From Thermoprotei archaeon (GTDB taxonomy: Archaea > Thermoproteota > Thermoprotei > Thermoproteales > B15-G16), in the NCBI GenBank assembly GCA_003649205.1, contig QMRC01000001.1, forward strand, positions 160,001 through 224,000: a stretch of 64,000 bases of DNA. The letters run 5' to 3'. A model generated the notes under the pieces. The model saw only the letters and a list, made by a program, of their open reading frames with translations, did not search any database and had not been told where the DNA came from. The first letter of the stretch is position 1. Each line of letters begins with the position of its first letter. A program made the position numbers and the translations under genes. Shown piece after piece: positions 48,209 to 58,667 of this stretch.

Positions 48209-48312
48209 GTAGCGAGGTATGGAGGTACCACAGCAATACCACCCAACGTATTACTGGAAGGCTTATAGGGGCTTTTCTACGGAGTTAGAAAGAACTTACT
48301 GGGGGATTTCCT

Positions 48313-49416
48313 GTGAACAAGAGGGATGAAGCTCTAAGGAGATTGGAGGAGTTCGCACTGAAGTTACTGGAGCAGATTGAGAATAAGCAACCTCCATACA
48401 TGGAAATACCATCGAGGACACTAAGCAATACAGTATGGGACCCAGAGAGGAAGATGCTACTACTTGGACCAGCTAAATTCAGGAGAGAGCTCTTCGACAT
48501 GAAGGAAGCGAGGAAGTTCATGCAGACAGTACTCATGCTTAAGCTCTTAGTTCAAGCTATTAGGGAAGGGGTTTACCCTACGATAAGAGATCTGTACTAC
48601 CACGGTAAGCACACAATAGAGTTCATTGATCACTTAGGTAGGAAGCAGAAGGAGAATACCTGGGATGAGCAAACTGAGTCAAATGCTGTTCTTCAGGATA
48701 TTGAGGTAGCTACTGGATTGCTTAGAGAGGAGATGGGTATTTCAGCTGATGTTAAGGGTAAGATGGTTGGCCCAATAATTGTTAGGTCTAGAGGTTACGA
48801 AATTGATTGTACGAGAATGGGTGAAGGAGCTTTTGGACTACCTCCAAATCCTGATGATCTGGAGATAGTTAAGATTGAAGCTACGTACGTGCTCTGTGTC
48901 GAGAAGGATGCTATTTTCCAGAGACTTAATAGAGAGGAGTTCTGGAAGAGGGAGAACTGTATTCTCATAACTGCTAAGGGCATGCCTGATAGAGCTACTA
49001 GGAGGATGCTTCGTAGGCTTTGGGAGGAGTATAAGTTACCTGTTTACATACTGACTGATGCTGATCCATATGGATGGTACATCTACAGTGTGTACAAGAG
49101 TGGTTCAATAGCACTTAGCTACGAGAGTGAGAGACTTGCTTGTCCTGGTGCTAAGTTCATTGGATTAACGACAAGTGACATTATTGAGTACAGGATATCT
49201 GATGAGTATGTCATAGCTGCAACTGATAGGGACATAAAGAGAGCTACTGAGTTAATGAAGTACCCATGGTTTCAATCACCACATTGGCAGAAGGAGCTTA
49301 AGCTATTCTTGAAGTTGAAGAAGAAAGTTGAGATTGAGGCTTTAAGTACTCATGGGTTTAAGTTCCTTCACGATTACATAATTGACAAAATTCATCATGG
49401 AAAGTTCATAGATTAA
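48313..49416 (+). CDS. top6A: DNA topoisomerase VI subunit A
   Basis: TIRDLYY (catalytic Tyr), VEKDA, KGMPDRATR, TDADPYG, EIEAL. Confidence 0.97.
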   Translation: MNKRDEALRRLEEFALKLLEQIENKQPPYMEIPSRTLSNTVWDPERKMLLLGPAKFRRELFDMKEARKFMQTVLMLKLLVQAIREGVYPTIRDLYYHGKHTIEFIDHLGRKQKENTWDEQTESNAVLQDIEVATGLLREEMGISADVKGKMVGPIIVRSRGYEIDCTRMGEGAFGLPPNPDDLEIVKIEATYVLCVEKDAIFQRLNREEFWKRENCILITAKGMPDRATRRMLRRLWEEYKLPVYILTDADPYGWYIYSVYKSGSIALSYESERLACPGAKFIGLTTSDIIEYRISDEYVIAATDRDIKRATELMKYPWFQSPHWQKELKLFLKLKKKVEIEALSTHGFKFLHDYIIDKIHHGKFID

Positions 49417-49426
49417 TGGTGAGTTC

Positions 49427-51091
49427 GTGAGTCCTGAAACATATGTATTTAGACCGAGGAGGTATCTTGAGAAGGAGGACTTTGAGAAGTACCTACAGCT
49501 AGTTAGGAAGGTAGCTACCTTCGATGCTAGTACTAAGCATTGGGTATTTTCACCTGAAATAGCTGCAAAGTACTTTGGAAGTAGTGACGAATTGCTAGAT
49601 CACTTAATTGAGTTAAGAAGTTACGTAGATCTAGATTACAGCACTATACTCGATCTAGTGGATCTATTTGAGGATTACTTGGATAGGTTGAAGTGTGTTA
49701 TTGTAACTAGGGAAGGGGGATTGCTCAGGTTAAGAGTACATAGGAGATACTTTCGTGATGTGTTGTCAATCCTCAGGGAGGTAGCTGTTGTGAGCTATTA
49801 CATTGAGGTTCCTAAAGTTGATGAGGTCACTGGTGAGTTTCAGGGTACGGAATTAGTTGAGAAGAGATTGAAGCTGTATAGGGTTGCTAAGGTTGGTGAA
49901 GAGTTTGTTACACCAGTTGGGCTACTTCATGTATTGAGAAAAGAACTTCAGAGAAGAGGGTTTGGTACTGATGTCAAGATTGAAGTCAGAAAGTTCGATA
50001 GGGATGTACCTATGGAACTCAATTTCAAGCTGTACCCCTACCAAGAGGAGGTTTACAGTAAGTGGCTTGAAGCAGGTTGTAGAGGAACAGTCGCTATATT
50101 CACAAGAGGTGGAAAGTCCTTCATCGCAATGAAAGCAATATACGACCTCAAGGTCCCAACAGTGATTTTCGTTACTACTAGAGAACTTGCCTACACCTGG
50201 AGGGAGTACCTCAAGAAATACCTATCTATTCCAGAGAGTTACATTGGGTACATAGGTGAGGGTGAGTTTAGCATTAGACCAGTTACTATCGCTACTTACA
50301 AGAGTGCTGTTCAGCACATCGAGAGGTTGAAACAGGTATTTGAACTAGCAATATACGATGAGTCACACCATGTACCAGCAAAGACCTTCAAGACCGTAGC
50401 TATACACCTCGATTCACTGTATAGATTAGCTCTCTCAGCAACACCAGAGAGGAGGGATATGAATCATGAACTCCTCTACAGACTTTGTGGTGATCTCCTA
50501 GCTAGTATAGATTACATACAGCTAGTTAGATTGAAGGTTGTTGCACCAATTGAGGTATTTGATACCCTCTACGCTAGAGATCAAAGCGAGAAGCTTCTCC
50601 ACCTACTCGCTGTACTGGATAAGCATAGAAATGAAAAGATTTTCGTATTTACTCAGTACAGGAAAACAGCCGAGAAGCTCTATACCGAACTGATGAAGAG
50701 GGGGTACAAGGTAGCTCTAATCACTGGTGAAACACCTCAAAGCAAGAGAGCTTTAGCGTTTAAGGAGTTCATCTCTGGCCAGGTAAATATCATAGTTACA
50801 ACGACGGTACTCGACGAGGGTATTACTGTACCTGATGCGGATGTAGCTGTGATATACGAAGGTACCGGTGAAGCTAGACAAATGATTCAGCGAATAGGTA
50901 GAGTCCTCGGTTACATGCCGGGTAAGACAGCTAAGGTCTACGAGATAGTTGACCTGTCCAATACCAGAGAGAGGAATGCTCATCTGAGGAGACGATGGGT
51001 TAGAGATCTGTACATGAAACCTGAAGTTAGGAAGTATGTTCTTGAGGAGAAGAAGTTGACTACACAGAAGTTAATGAGCGATTACCTCTAA
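49427..51091 (+). CDS. SF2 helicase (XPB/Rad25-like)
   Basis: LYPYQ, TRGGKS, DESHH, LSATPERRD, VLDEGITVPD, QRIGR. Confidence 0.9.
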   Translation: MSPETYVFRPRRYLEKEDFEKYLQLVRKVATFDASTKHWVFSPEIAAKYFGSSDELLDHLIELRSYVDLDYSTILDLVDLFEDYLDRLKCVIVTREGGLLRLRVHRRYFRDVLSILREVAVVSYYIEVPKVDEVTGEFQGTELVEKRLKLYRVAKVGEEFVTPVGLLHVLRKELQRRGFGTDVKIEVRKFDRDVPMELNFKLYPYQEEVYSKWLEAGCRGTVAIFTRGGKSFIAMKAIYDLKVPTVIFVTTRELAYTWREYLKKYLSIPESYIGYIGEGEFSIRPVTIATYKSAVQHIERLKQVFELAIYDESHHVPAKTFKTVAIHLDSLYRLALSATPERRDMNHELLYRLCGDLLASIDYIQLVRLKVVAPIEVFDTLYARDQSEKLLHLLAVLDKHRNEKIFVFTQYRKTAEKLYTELMKRGYKVALITGETPQSKRALAFKEFISGQVNIIVTTTVLDEGITVPDADVAVIYEGTGEARQMIQRIGRVLGYMPGKTAKVYEIVDLSNTRERNAHLRRRWVRDLYMKPEVRKYVLEEKKLTTQKLMSDYL

Positions 51092-51100
51092 CCTCAGGAT

Positions 51101-52039
51101 TTAGAGGTACACCCTACACATTAGACTAAATGGACATTCATGACAGAGCTTTTTCCTACATAACACACGACCTATGTACGATAGTCCGTATAGTATTGTT
51201 GGGTCTTCAGGATTTAGTGACCGAGCTAAGTTCTGGAGAAAGTGATACTTCTTGTCATTGAAATCTGGTGCTGTTGCTCTGTCAACTACACCTATGTTTT
51301 TCATGACCTTAAGGAGGTCACTATCAAGTGGGCAATGCAGTAACCTAAGTACATCCTTTGTAGGTTCACTTAGGAGCTTTATTGTGAAGTACAGTGTTTG
51401 GTCTACTACCTGTGCTGTGCTTGAAGGTAGTGTTGCTAGTGCTATCCTAAGTATCTCGATAGCTTTCTCCATACTTGTTGCATTTCGCTCCTTAATGAGT
51501 AAACCTATGTAGTATGCTCTTCTGTGGTATTCACTATGTGGTAATGCCATAGGTAGTAATTCAAGTAGCGTTGCTCTGAAGCATTGAGTAAGGAGTATTA
51601 CGTCATTAATGTTCTCGTACTTGAGCAGTCGTTGGAGCTTGCTTAGTGCTTCAGCAAGTAGGGTTAGTGATGCGATTACTCTATCACGCACCCTACCATC
51701 TAATTTGTACGCATATCGTGTGTGGTCTATTGCTGCTTCTAGTAATTCAGGATCTCTGTAGTTCTCGAGTTCATTTAGTGGATCACCAAGATGATTGAAT
51801 ATTACTGATAAGTCCTTAGCTAACGACAATGTACTTGCTCTAAGTATACGTTTGTATCGATAAAGCAGTGCAAAGAAATACGTTGTAAAGAGCTTTATGG
51901 GAAGTGGTAACTTCTTGACTATTCCTGTAGCCGCTAAGACCCTTACGAAGAACTCACTATTCTTGTTATCTAACTCTAGTATCTGCTCCTTTAGAGGTTC
52001 TAGGTACTTAACCTTATACTCTAACTCCTCACTTCTCAT
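51101..52039 (-). CDS. Divergent HhH-GPD/endonuclease III-like protein with C-terminal Fe-S cluster motif
   Basis: CPLDSDLLKVMKNIG (aligns to IPVDxHxxRV), IGRVLCRKKLCHECPFSLMC. Confidence 0.6.
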   Translation of the reverse strand: MRSEELEYKVKYLEPLKEQILELDNKNSEFFVRVLAATGIVKKLPLPIKLFTTYFFALLYRYKRILRASTLSLAKDLSVIFNHLGDPLNELENYRDPELLEAAIDHTRYAYKLDGRVRDRVIASLTLLAEALSKLQRLLKYENINDVILLTQCFRATLLELLPMALPHSEYHRRAYYIGLLIKERNATSMEKAIEILRIALATLPSSTAQVVDQTLYFTIKLLSEPTKDVLRLLHCPLDSDLLKVMKNIGVVDRATAPDFNDKKYHFLQNLARSLNPEDPTILYGLSYIGRVLCRKKLCHECPFSLMCRVYL

Positions 52040-52067
52040 GGTATCTTATTGGGTTCTGTTTAAGGAT

Positions 52068-52631
52068 CTATGGTGTGAACCATGAGAGAACCAAGTAATT
52101 TACCTTACCGTAGATCTTATCCCTGTAAGCTAGTATGAACTTCTTCCTAACTGTGTGTGAAAGCCTGCCTGCTCTAATTATGTCAAGAGGTTCGAGCTTG
52201 CTACCGGGTTCTAGTACATGTACTAGGTATGGCGCATGATCTATACCGGGGCCTTTCTCGTACACGGCAAAGTAAGTACCGTACTTAAGTCCTGTCCTAA
52301 CGACGTACCCCCTAGATCTGAGATCCCTGTAGACTTCGTAAAGTAGGTCGAAGTTTGCTATGTACTTCCTACCAACCTCCAACAATTCATCTCTACTCAG
52401 CACCTTACCGCTAATGTCCACTACCTCGATTCTACCCTCATCGAGTAGATACAGTGCTTCCAATAGTGAAAGCTCGAGAGGTCTCGCTACCTTACTAACC
52501 TCATCAGGTTTTACCTTGTCTATCCCTATGAACTTTCCGAAGAATCCTCTCTGGAATAGTTCCCTAGCTTTCTCAATGTCAAGTACTATAACTCTAGAAC
52601 CTATGAGAATTGCTTGAGCTTTTGATGACAT
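52068..52631 (-). CDS. endA: tRNA-intron endonuclease, catalytic subunit
   Basis: LSLLEALYL, VYRDLRSRG, GLKYG.YFAVY, DHAPYLV, RLSHTVRK (Tyr/His/Lys triad). Confidence 0.92.
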   Translation of the reverse strand: MSSKAQAILIGSRVIVLDIEKARELFQRGFFGKFIGIDKVKPDEVSKVARPLELSLLEALYLLDEGRIEVVDISGKVLSRDELLEVGRKYIANFDLLYEVYRDLRSRGYVVRTGLKYGTYFAVYEKGPGIDHAPYLVHVLEPGSKLEPLDIIRAGRLSHTVRKKFILAYRDKIYGKVNYLVLSWFTP

Positions 52632-52638
52632 GAAATCA

Positions 52639-52947
52639 CTAGGCTTGCTTTAAAGGTGCTCTAACAGTAGCTATTGTATTGTCTGCTATACCCAGAGTCT
52701 TTAGTTCATCCGCATTGCACCAAACCTCATTCTCAGGAACGTCACCGGATGCTAGTACGTTCAGCACTAATCTCTTTGGTCCTGCACCACCACCACCTGA
52801 TACCACGATCTCAACTTTATCCTTTATGTTCAGATACTGAATTGCCTTAGGATTCATCTTAGCCCAACCCTTCTCAACAACATCCTTCCTCCTAATTCTC
52901 AATCTTTTCTCTCTTCTGGGTTGTACTATTGACACAGGATCACCCAT
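52639..52947 (-). CDS. Conserved hypothetical protein (double-psi beta-barrel-like)
   Basis: Internal duplication AKMNPKAIQYLNI / VWCNADELKTLGI. Confidence 0.6.
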   Translation of the reverse strand: MGDPVSIVQPRREKRLRIRRKDVVEKGWAKMNPKAIQYLNIKDKVEIVVSGGGGAGPKRLVLNVLASGDVPENEVWCNADELKTLGIADNTIATVRAPLKQA

Positions 52948-52997
52948 CTAGAGTTCTAGGTTACTATAATTTAACCTATGCTATGTATCTCTACTAG

Positions 52998-54782
52998 CTA
53001 AGTAAATTTAGTTAGATCACTGAAGCTTATTGACTTATCACTAAAGTACTTCATGAGCACCTCAGGTAGCTTCTCTATCGGCACCCTTATCTGTGTCCAG
53101 GTATCTCTATCCCTGAGAGTTACTGTGTTATCCTGTAGTGTCTGCCCATCAATCGTTATTGCAATTGGTACACCTATCTCATCTGCCTTAACGTACCTCC
53201 AACCTATGGTACCTCCATCGTCATACATTGCGTAGAAGTACTTCTTCAGCATGTTGTACACTTCTCTAGCCTTTTCAACGAACTCAGTTTTCTTTACTAG
53301 TGGAAAGACAGCTACCTTTATGGGTGCTACATCTCTAGGTAATCTAAGCACTACCCTTCCATTCTTTTCAGTGTACGCATACTCAAGAACTACGTAGGTA
53401 ACTCTATCAGCACCAAACGACGGCTCAGCAACATGCGGTATAAATCTCTCAACCTCAATCTTCTCCTCTCTCTCCTCAATTATGAAGTATTCTCTACTCA
53501 ACTTCACATCCTGTACCTCAACGTACCCTACCTCATTTAGCCTTTGAACAATCTCATCTCTACTCAACCTACTCAAGTCACGTAAAATGTACTTAGCATT
53601 TTCACCAAATTGCTTCTTGATTAACTCAATGTTTGGTTTCACAATTAACTTCTTCTCGATTCTTGGTTGTGAAAGCCTTCTATAGGCTCTTAGGTCTCTC
53701 TTACTGTACTCCATGTGTCTACGTAAGTCATAATCCGTTCTATACGCATGTCCTGATACCTCAATCCATCCCCACCTCTCAGTCCATACAACTTGGTCAA
53801 AGGTCTGTGCTGCGTAGTGTGCTCTTTCCTCTGGTAACTTCTCAATAAACATCTGCTTTTCATGTGGTATACCTAGATCCTCCATGAACAACTTAGCTAG
53901 TGCCATGAAGTATGCATTCCATTCAGTCATTATGAGCTTCTTCTCAATAGCTTCCTTAACCGTTACCTCTCTAGGTTCTTTCTTACCTTCCCTAATGTCT
54001 TCACAGGTAAGTAGCCTCAGCTTAACGTCCTTAACCTCATCGATCAGAGGACATGATGGATTCTGTGGGTCGAAGAACAGCTCAAGTTCCATTATTGTGA
54101 ACTCTCTAAGCCTAATCGGTCCTTGTCTAGGTGATATCTCATTCCTCAAGACCTTACCTATCTGAGCAATACCGAGCGGTAACCTCCTATCCATCATCTC
54201 ATAGATTCTGTGGAAGTTAACAAACATACCCTGCGCAGCCTCTGGTCTTGCATAACCTATGTTATCACTGTATGGACCTATCGTAGTCTTGAAGAGTAGG
54301 TTAAACTTCTTAACAGGCCCAAATTCTCCACCACACTCTGGACACTTAATGCCGTACTTTCTAATTATCTCGGTAAGTTCATCTGCTGTCTTACCCTCAA
54401 GACCTGTTAAGCCAGTTAAATCCTCTATCAAGTGATCTGCTCTATACTTCCTACCACACCTACTACACTCAACAATGTAGTCAGTAAAGTGCTCCACGTG
54501 TCCTGAAGCTTCAAAGACTATGGCAGGCATTACTACTGGAGTCTCTATCTCAACTATGAAGTCTTGATGCCTCTTAACAAACCATTCTCTCCACTTCTCC
54601 TCGATATTCTTCTTAAGTAAAGTACCAAGTGGACCATAGTCTATGAAACCACTTACACCACCGTAGATCTCACTAGATGACCAGAAGAAACCCCTCCTCC
54701 TACCTAACTCACACAACTTCTCGTACTTATCCTGTTTAGTAGTCATGGTGAGGAGCCTCTCTTTGTAAACATCTTGACCCAA
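52998..54782 (-). CDS. glyS: Glycine--tRNA ligase (alpha2 type)
   Basis: RRGFF..EIYGG, ASGH, RPEAAQG, RNEISPRQG..RLREF, EPSFGADR, anticodon-binding domain. Confidence 0.97.
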   Translation of the reverse strand: MGQDVYKERLLTMTTKQDKYEKLCELGRRRGFFWSSSEIYGGVSGFIDYGPLGTLLKKNIEEKWREWFVKRHQDFIVEIETPVVMPAIVFEASGHVEHFTDYIVECSRCGRKYRADHLIEDLTGLTGLEGKTADELTEIIRKYGIKCPECGGEFGPVKKFNLLFKTTIGPYSDNIGYARPEAAQGMFVNFHRIYEMMDRRLPLGIAQIGKVLRNEISPRQGPIRLREFTIMELELFFDPQNPSCPLIDEVKDVKLRLLTCEDIREGKKEPREVTVKEAIEKKLIMTEWNAYFMALAKLFMEDLGIPHEKQMFIEKLPEERAHYAAQTFDQVVWTERWGWIEVSGHAYRTDYDLRRHMEYSKRDLRAYRRLSQPRIEKKLIVKPNIELIKKQFGENAKYILRDLSRLSRDEIVQRLNEVGYVEVQDVKLSREYFIIEEREEKIEVERFIPHVAEPSFGADRVTYVVLEYAYTEKNGRVVLRLPRDVAPIKVAVFPLVKKTEFVEKAREVYNMLKKYFYAMYDDGGTIGWRYVKADEIGVPIAITIDGQTLQDNTVTLRDRDTWTQIRVPIEKLPEVLMKYFSDKSISFSDLTKFT

Positions 54783-54817
54783 GTATTTATAATAAACTCA
54801 TCTAGCTAAGTACTCTC

Positions 54818-55729
54818 GTGAGTTTCAGAGAGTTGTTGCTAGTACCTACTTCACCTGCTTTCGGTGGCGTGAGTAGGAAGTATGAGGAGAGCGAGTGGGT
54901 ACTGCTAGGTACTCCGTTCGATTCCACAACCACATATAGACCAGGTTCACGATTTGCTCCGAGGAGAGTAAGAGAGATTTCTCAGGAAATAGATCTCGTG
55001 AATCCATTCATACCTGAGTTGAGATATGAGATGTACCCAATGTGTGATTTAGGTGACTTAGTATTTACAACAGATGTCAATGAGTTTCTACGTTGTTACT
55101 GTAGGGTCTTGAGAGAGCTATTGTCTGATTCCAAGAGGGTTTTGGTGTTGGGTGGAGAGCACACTGTGACTATTGGTACGGCTAGAGTTCTGAGGGGGTT
55201 AAGCAGGAAGGTGTGGATTGTGTACTTTGATGCACATCTCGATCTCTATGATGAGTACCCTAGAGGGTGTAGGATCTCACATGCAACTGTTGTCAGTAGG
55301 TTAATTGAGTGTGATTGTGAGGTAGTTGCTATTGGGTATAGAGCCTACTCAGAGGAGGAGTATAGGAAGTTGAGGAAATTGACTTTTTGGATTAGTGCTA
55401 GTGATGTAGTTCGTAGTAGAGAGGAGTGTTTTCTTGAGTTAGCTCAGGTACTACAGTGTGTTAGTGGTGATGTTGTTATCTCACTAGATGTAGATGTTCT
55501 TGATCCGTCAGTAGCTCCTGCGGTTGGTAATCCTGAACCAGGTGGTTTAGATTACTGTACCTTGTTGGAATTGCTTCGTATTGTGCTCCTATCTCTTGGT
55601 CAGAAGGTTAAGGTGATTGAGATTGTTGAGTATACACCCATGCTTGATCACAATGGTGTGACTGGTTGCTTAGTTGCTAAGTTAGTTTCCGATCTGTACT
55701 TACTAGCATTGATTGGGAGTAAGTGCTGA
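54818..55729 (+). CDS. speB: Agmatinase (arginase family)
   Basis: PFDSTTTYRPGSRFAP, GGEH, DAHLD, SHAT, SLDVDVLDPS.AP..GNPEPGG. Confidence 0.88.
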   Translation: MSFRELLLVPTSPAFGGVSRKYEESEWVLLGTPFDSTTTYRPGSRFAPRRVREISQEIDLVNPFIPELRYEMYPMCDLGDLVFTTDVNEFLRCYCRVLRELLSDSKRVLVLGGEHTVTIGTARVLRGLSRKVWIVYFDAHLDLYDEYPRGCRISHATVVSRLIECDCEVVAIGYRAYSEEEYRKLRKLTFWISASDVVRSREECFLELAQVLQCVSGDVVISLDVDVLDPSVAPAVGNPEPGGLDYCTLLELLRIVLLSLGQKVKVIEIVEYTPMLDHNGVTGCLVAKLVSDLYLLALIGSKC

Positions 55730-55734
55730 ATCTA

Positions 55735-56739
55735 CTACTTCTCTACCTTTTCAACTCTAACACCTTCAACACCTAGCTCCGTAATTATTGGTGTGCCATT
55801 AGCTATTGCTATTGCTGCTGCTACTTCCTTTAATTTATTTGGCGCTAGAGCTAGCATACAACCCCCACCACCCGCACCACTGAGCTTAGCACCTATCGCT
55901 CCAGCCATTCTAGCTGCGTAAACCATATCGTTTAGTCGTTTATCTGAGACGCCAAGAGCTTCTAGTAGACCATGGTTTATATTCATGAGCTCGCCAACTG
56001 TCCCTAGCTCACCCTTCTCAATAGCTACTCTAGCTCTCTCAACTAACTCGCCAATTGCCCATATGATTTGATCAATGAGCTTAGTATATTTATCACGTAA
56101 CTTCCTAACCCACGCAACCAACTCCTTAGTAGTTGCTACCCTCTTGACATAGCCAATAACTGTTGGTAGTTCAGCACCCTTCCTAACAGGTTCAATTATG
56201 GGGCTTGAGCTTGTTGGCTTTATGTAGAGCAAACCACCGTAGGTAGCTACAGCAGTATCCATTGGTGAAGCAGCTCCCTGAACTGTCAATTCCGTCCTAT
56301 GACCGAGCTTAGCTATTTCCCTCTTCTCCAATTCATGACCTGTTATTGTAGCATAGGCAAAGACTGTCGCCACCGAGACGGCAGCGGAGGTACCTAATCC
56401 AGCACCTACTGGCATGTCAGACTTTATCTCAAGCTCAACACCGGCTCTTTCTCCAAGGTACTCACGAGTTAGTTCAATAGCTTTTCTGACGTATGCTATA
56501 GCTGGAATTACCTTACCGTAGTCTGTACCTACGACAATTTCACCATTTGGTTTAAGCGTAACTATTACACCATGTGTAGATAGGTCGTACGCAGCTATTT
56601 TGACCTCACCATTATTTCGAAGCCTAGCAGTTACGTAGAGTCTCCTATCTATTGAAGCAGCTATAGCACCTGTACCGTAGACAACAGCGTGTTCACCAAA
56701 GAACTTAACAACGCCAGGTGCAGAAACGACAACCTTCAT
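55735..56739 (-). CDS. mvk: Mevalonate kinase
   Basis: GEHAVVYG, PVGAGLGTSAA, QGAASPMD, AKLSGAGGGG. Confidence 0.95.
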   Translation of the reverse strand: MKVVVSAPGVVKFFGEHAVVYGTGAIAASIDRRLYVTARLRNNGEVKIAAYDLSTHGVIVTLKPNGEIVVGTDYGKVIPAIAYVRKAIELTREYLGERAGVELEIKSDMPVGAGLGTSAAVSVATVFAYATITGHELEKREIAKLGHRTELTVQGAASPMDTAVATYGGLLYIKPTSSSPIIEPVRKGAELPTVIGYVKRVATTKELVAWVRKLRDKYTKLIDQIIWAIGELVERARVAIEKGELGTVGELMNINHGLLEALGVSDKRLNDMVYAARMAGAIGAKLSGAGGGGCMLALAPNKLKEVAAAIAIANGTPIITELGVEGVRVEKVEK

Positions 56740-56801
56740 ATTTAGTCGAACGGAAATACGACAAACAACAAATTTTATCAGTTACTACGTGAGGAAACTA
56801 G

Positions 56802-56969
56802 CTATACGGCCTTAATTCTCTTAGTTACAAAGGATCTAGTCTTAGCAATGATCTTGTACCCACAGTAGGGACAGTGAACACCAGGTATTAGCTCCATATC
56901 AGCAGGATCGAAAGTTCTCTTACATCTGAGGCAGATGTACTTCTTCCATTCACGATACTCTAGACTCAC
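56802..56969 (-). CDS. rpoP: RNA polymerase subunit P (Rpo12)
   Basis: YICLRC...CPYCGYKIIAKTR...IKAV; start likely GTG 56969. Confidence 0.9.
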   Translation of the reverse strand: MSLEYREWKKYICLRCKRTFDPADMELIPGVHCPYCGYKIIAKTRSFVTKRIKAV

Positions 56970-57486
56970 CGTGCTCAACCTCCCATAGAATCCTGACTCT
57001 CTCTTCACCTCCAATCTCCTTAATAAACTGTGCTACGGACTTAGGTACTAACTCCTCCCAGGGACCACCTTCAACCATTAACTTCCTAATGTATTTACCA
57101 CAGTACCTCTCCCTATTGAAAAACGGTATGCTAAGTACCTTCACCCCTGCTCTCTCAAGTAGGAATTTAACGAAGTGATTATTGCTGTAAGCTACATCGA
57201 ATTTAGGTACATATGAGAGTACTAGAGTTGCCCATAGGTAGTGCATTCCTCCTGTATCTGGTACGATAGCTATAATGCACCTATTGTAGATACCGCACTC
57301 TCTAAGAGCTCTAACAATCATCTCAATTCTCTCACCTGTCGTGAATGGATTCTCGTAATTTAGACCGTACTGGGGACTACCGATAGCTACTATAACCTCA
57401 TCTTCTCTCCCTAGAATCCACTCAATAGCCTTTAGGTGACCGAGGTGAAATGGTTGAAATCTACCAATGAAGAGAGCCCTACCCAT
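56950..57486 (-). CDS. nadM: Nicotinamide-nucleotide adenylyltransferase
   Basis: GRFQPFHLGH, GSPQ, NPFTTGER, WEELVP. Confidence 0.93.
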   Translation of the reverse strand: MGRALFIGRFQPFHLGHLKAIEWILGREDEVIVAIGSPQYGLNYENPFTTGERIEMIVRALRECGIYNRCIIAIVPDTGGMHYLWATLVLSYVPKFDVAYSNNHFVKFLLERAGVKVLSIPFFNRERYCGKYIRKLMVEGGPWEELVPKSVAQFIKEIGGEERVRILWEVEHGESRVS

Positions 57487-58609
57487 TACCTATAACCTCT
57501 CTTGCAATTACTTCAAGACCTTCAATAACACTGTCGACAGATACGTAATCGATGAGATCCATGTCAGTACCACTGAAGAAGTTCGGTACTCTGGTAACTA
57601 ATACAACTTCTCTACAATCAACATACTTACCAACATCAACAAGCAATCCATACCTCCTACAAGCTTCACGACATCTAAACACTGTAACCTGACCAGCAAC
57701 AAAACCAATAGCCTTAACCCCAATAACCTTGGTGATCGAGATACCACACTCATCAGTAATTCTACGTACTTGCTCCCAAAGGCGCCTACGTACTCTCCTA
57801 TAGAAGCTGTAGGAACCTGAAGACGTAACAGCAATTACGAGAGAAGGGACATCAGAACATCTTCTCCTCAACTGCACATACGCTCTAGCAAACTCCAAGA
57901 TGCCAATAACACCACTGAGATTATCTACATATCCAGGACAAAAGAGCTTGGAGTCGAGATTAGCAAGCAGTAAAACTCCTGAGTCCTTCTTCCCCTCAAT
58001 AACAGCAATAACATCAACAACTCTACCACTACCCTTCTCGCACTGACACTCAACATAAAGATCCTCACAGACGTACCTAGTAGCTAGTTTCAGAGCTTCT
58101 TCAAGAGGTAACGTAGCTAGTACTGGTCCCTCTTCGATATCTGGGCTCAATGATATGAGCTTCGTAGCTCTTCCAGGTTTAGGTACTGAGAGAAGTACAC
58201 CATAAGCACCATGCTCCCTTAAAGAGGAATAAAGCCTACTAACACTTAGCCTACTAGTAACAATAGCTAATACACAGCGACCCTCGACCTCACTTCGAGG
58301 AGGTAAATTTGAGAGATTCCTCAGGTAGAGTAACCTCCCTACAAAACCACCCGAAGGTGAGAAGTATGCAGGATAGCCCTGTACAGGTATCATATCCCTA
58401 AATGTGTAGATGTTAAACGTAGTTACAACCCAAGTCGGGACCTCGTACTCAAACCTATACACGTGAACTTCCTTACCCAAGTACTCCCTACAGTATGTGT
58501 GTACGAAGGTACCTGCGGAGTAGCATTCTGGATACCCACATACTCTAGGTTCATACCTCTGAAATTCCTCAAGTAAATTCCTCACATTATACCTCGAGAA
58601 CTCTAGCAT
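57479..58609 (-). CDS. M28 peptidase-like protein with PA domain, metal ligands eroded
   Basis: LLANLDS (for AHxDS), GYVDNLSGV, TSSGS (for EE). Confidence 0.6.
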   Translation of the reverse strand: MLEFSRYNVRNLLEEFQRYEPRVCGYPECYSAGTFVHTYCREYLGKEVHVYRFEYEVPTWVVTTFNIYTFRDMIPVQGYPAYFSPSGGFVGRLLYLRNLSNLPPRSEVEGRCVLAIVTSRLSVSRLYSSLREHGAYGVLLSVPKPGRATKLISLSPDIEEGPVLATLPLEEALKLATRYVCEDLYVECQCEKGSGRVVDVIAVIEGKKDSGVLLLANLDSKLFCPGYVDNLSGVIGILEFARAYVQLRRRCSDVPSLVIAVTSSGSYSFYRRVRRRLWEQVRRITDECGISITKVIGVKAIGFVAGQVTVFRCREACRRYGLLVDVGKYVDCREVVLVTRVPNFFSGTDMDLIDYVSVDSVIEGLEVIAREVIGNG

Positions 58610-58667
58610 CTGAGTTCCATAGTTAGTGTGTAGAGAAAAAGATTACGAAGAGTTTTACGTAGTCTAA

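Noticed and set aside
48219-48329. 36-aa ORF between top6B and top6A
   Set aside because: No properly spaced SD, no recognisable motif, overlaps the top6A start.
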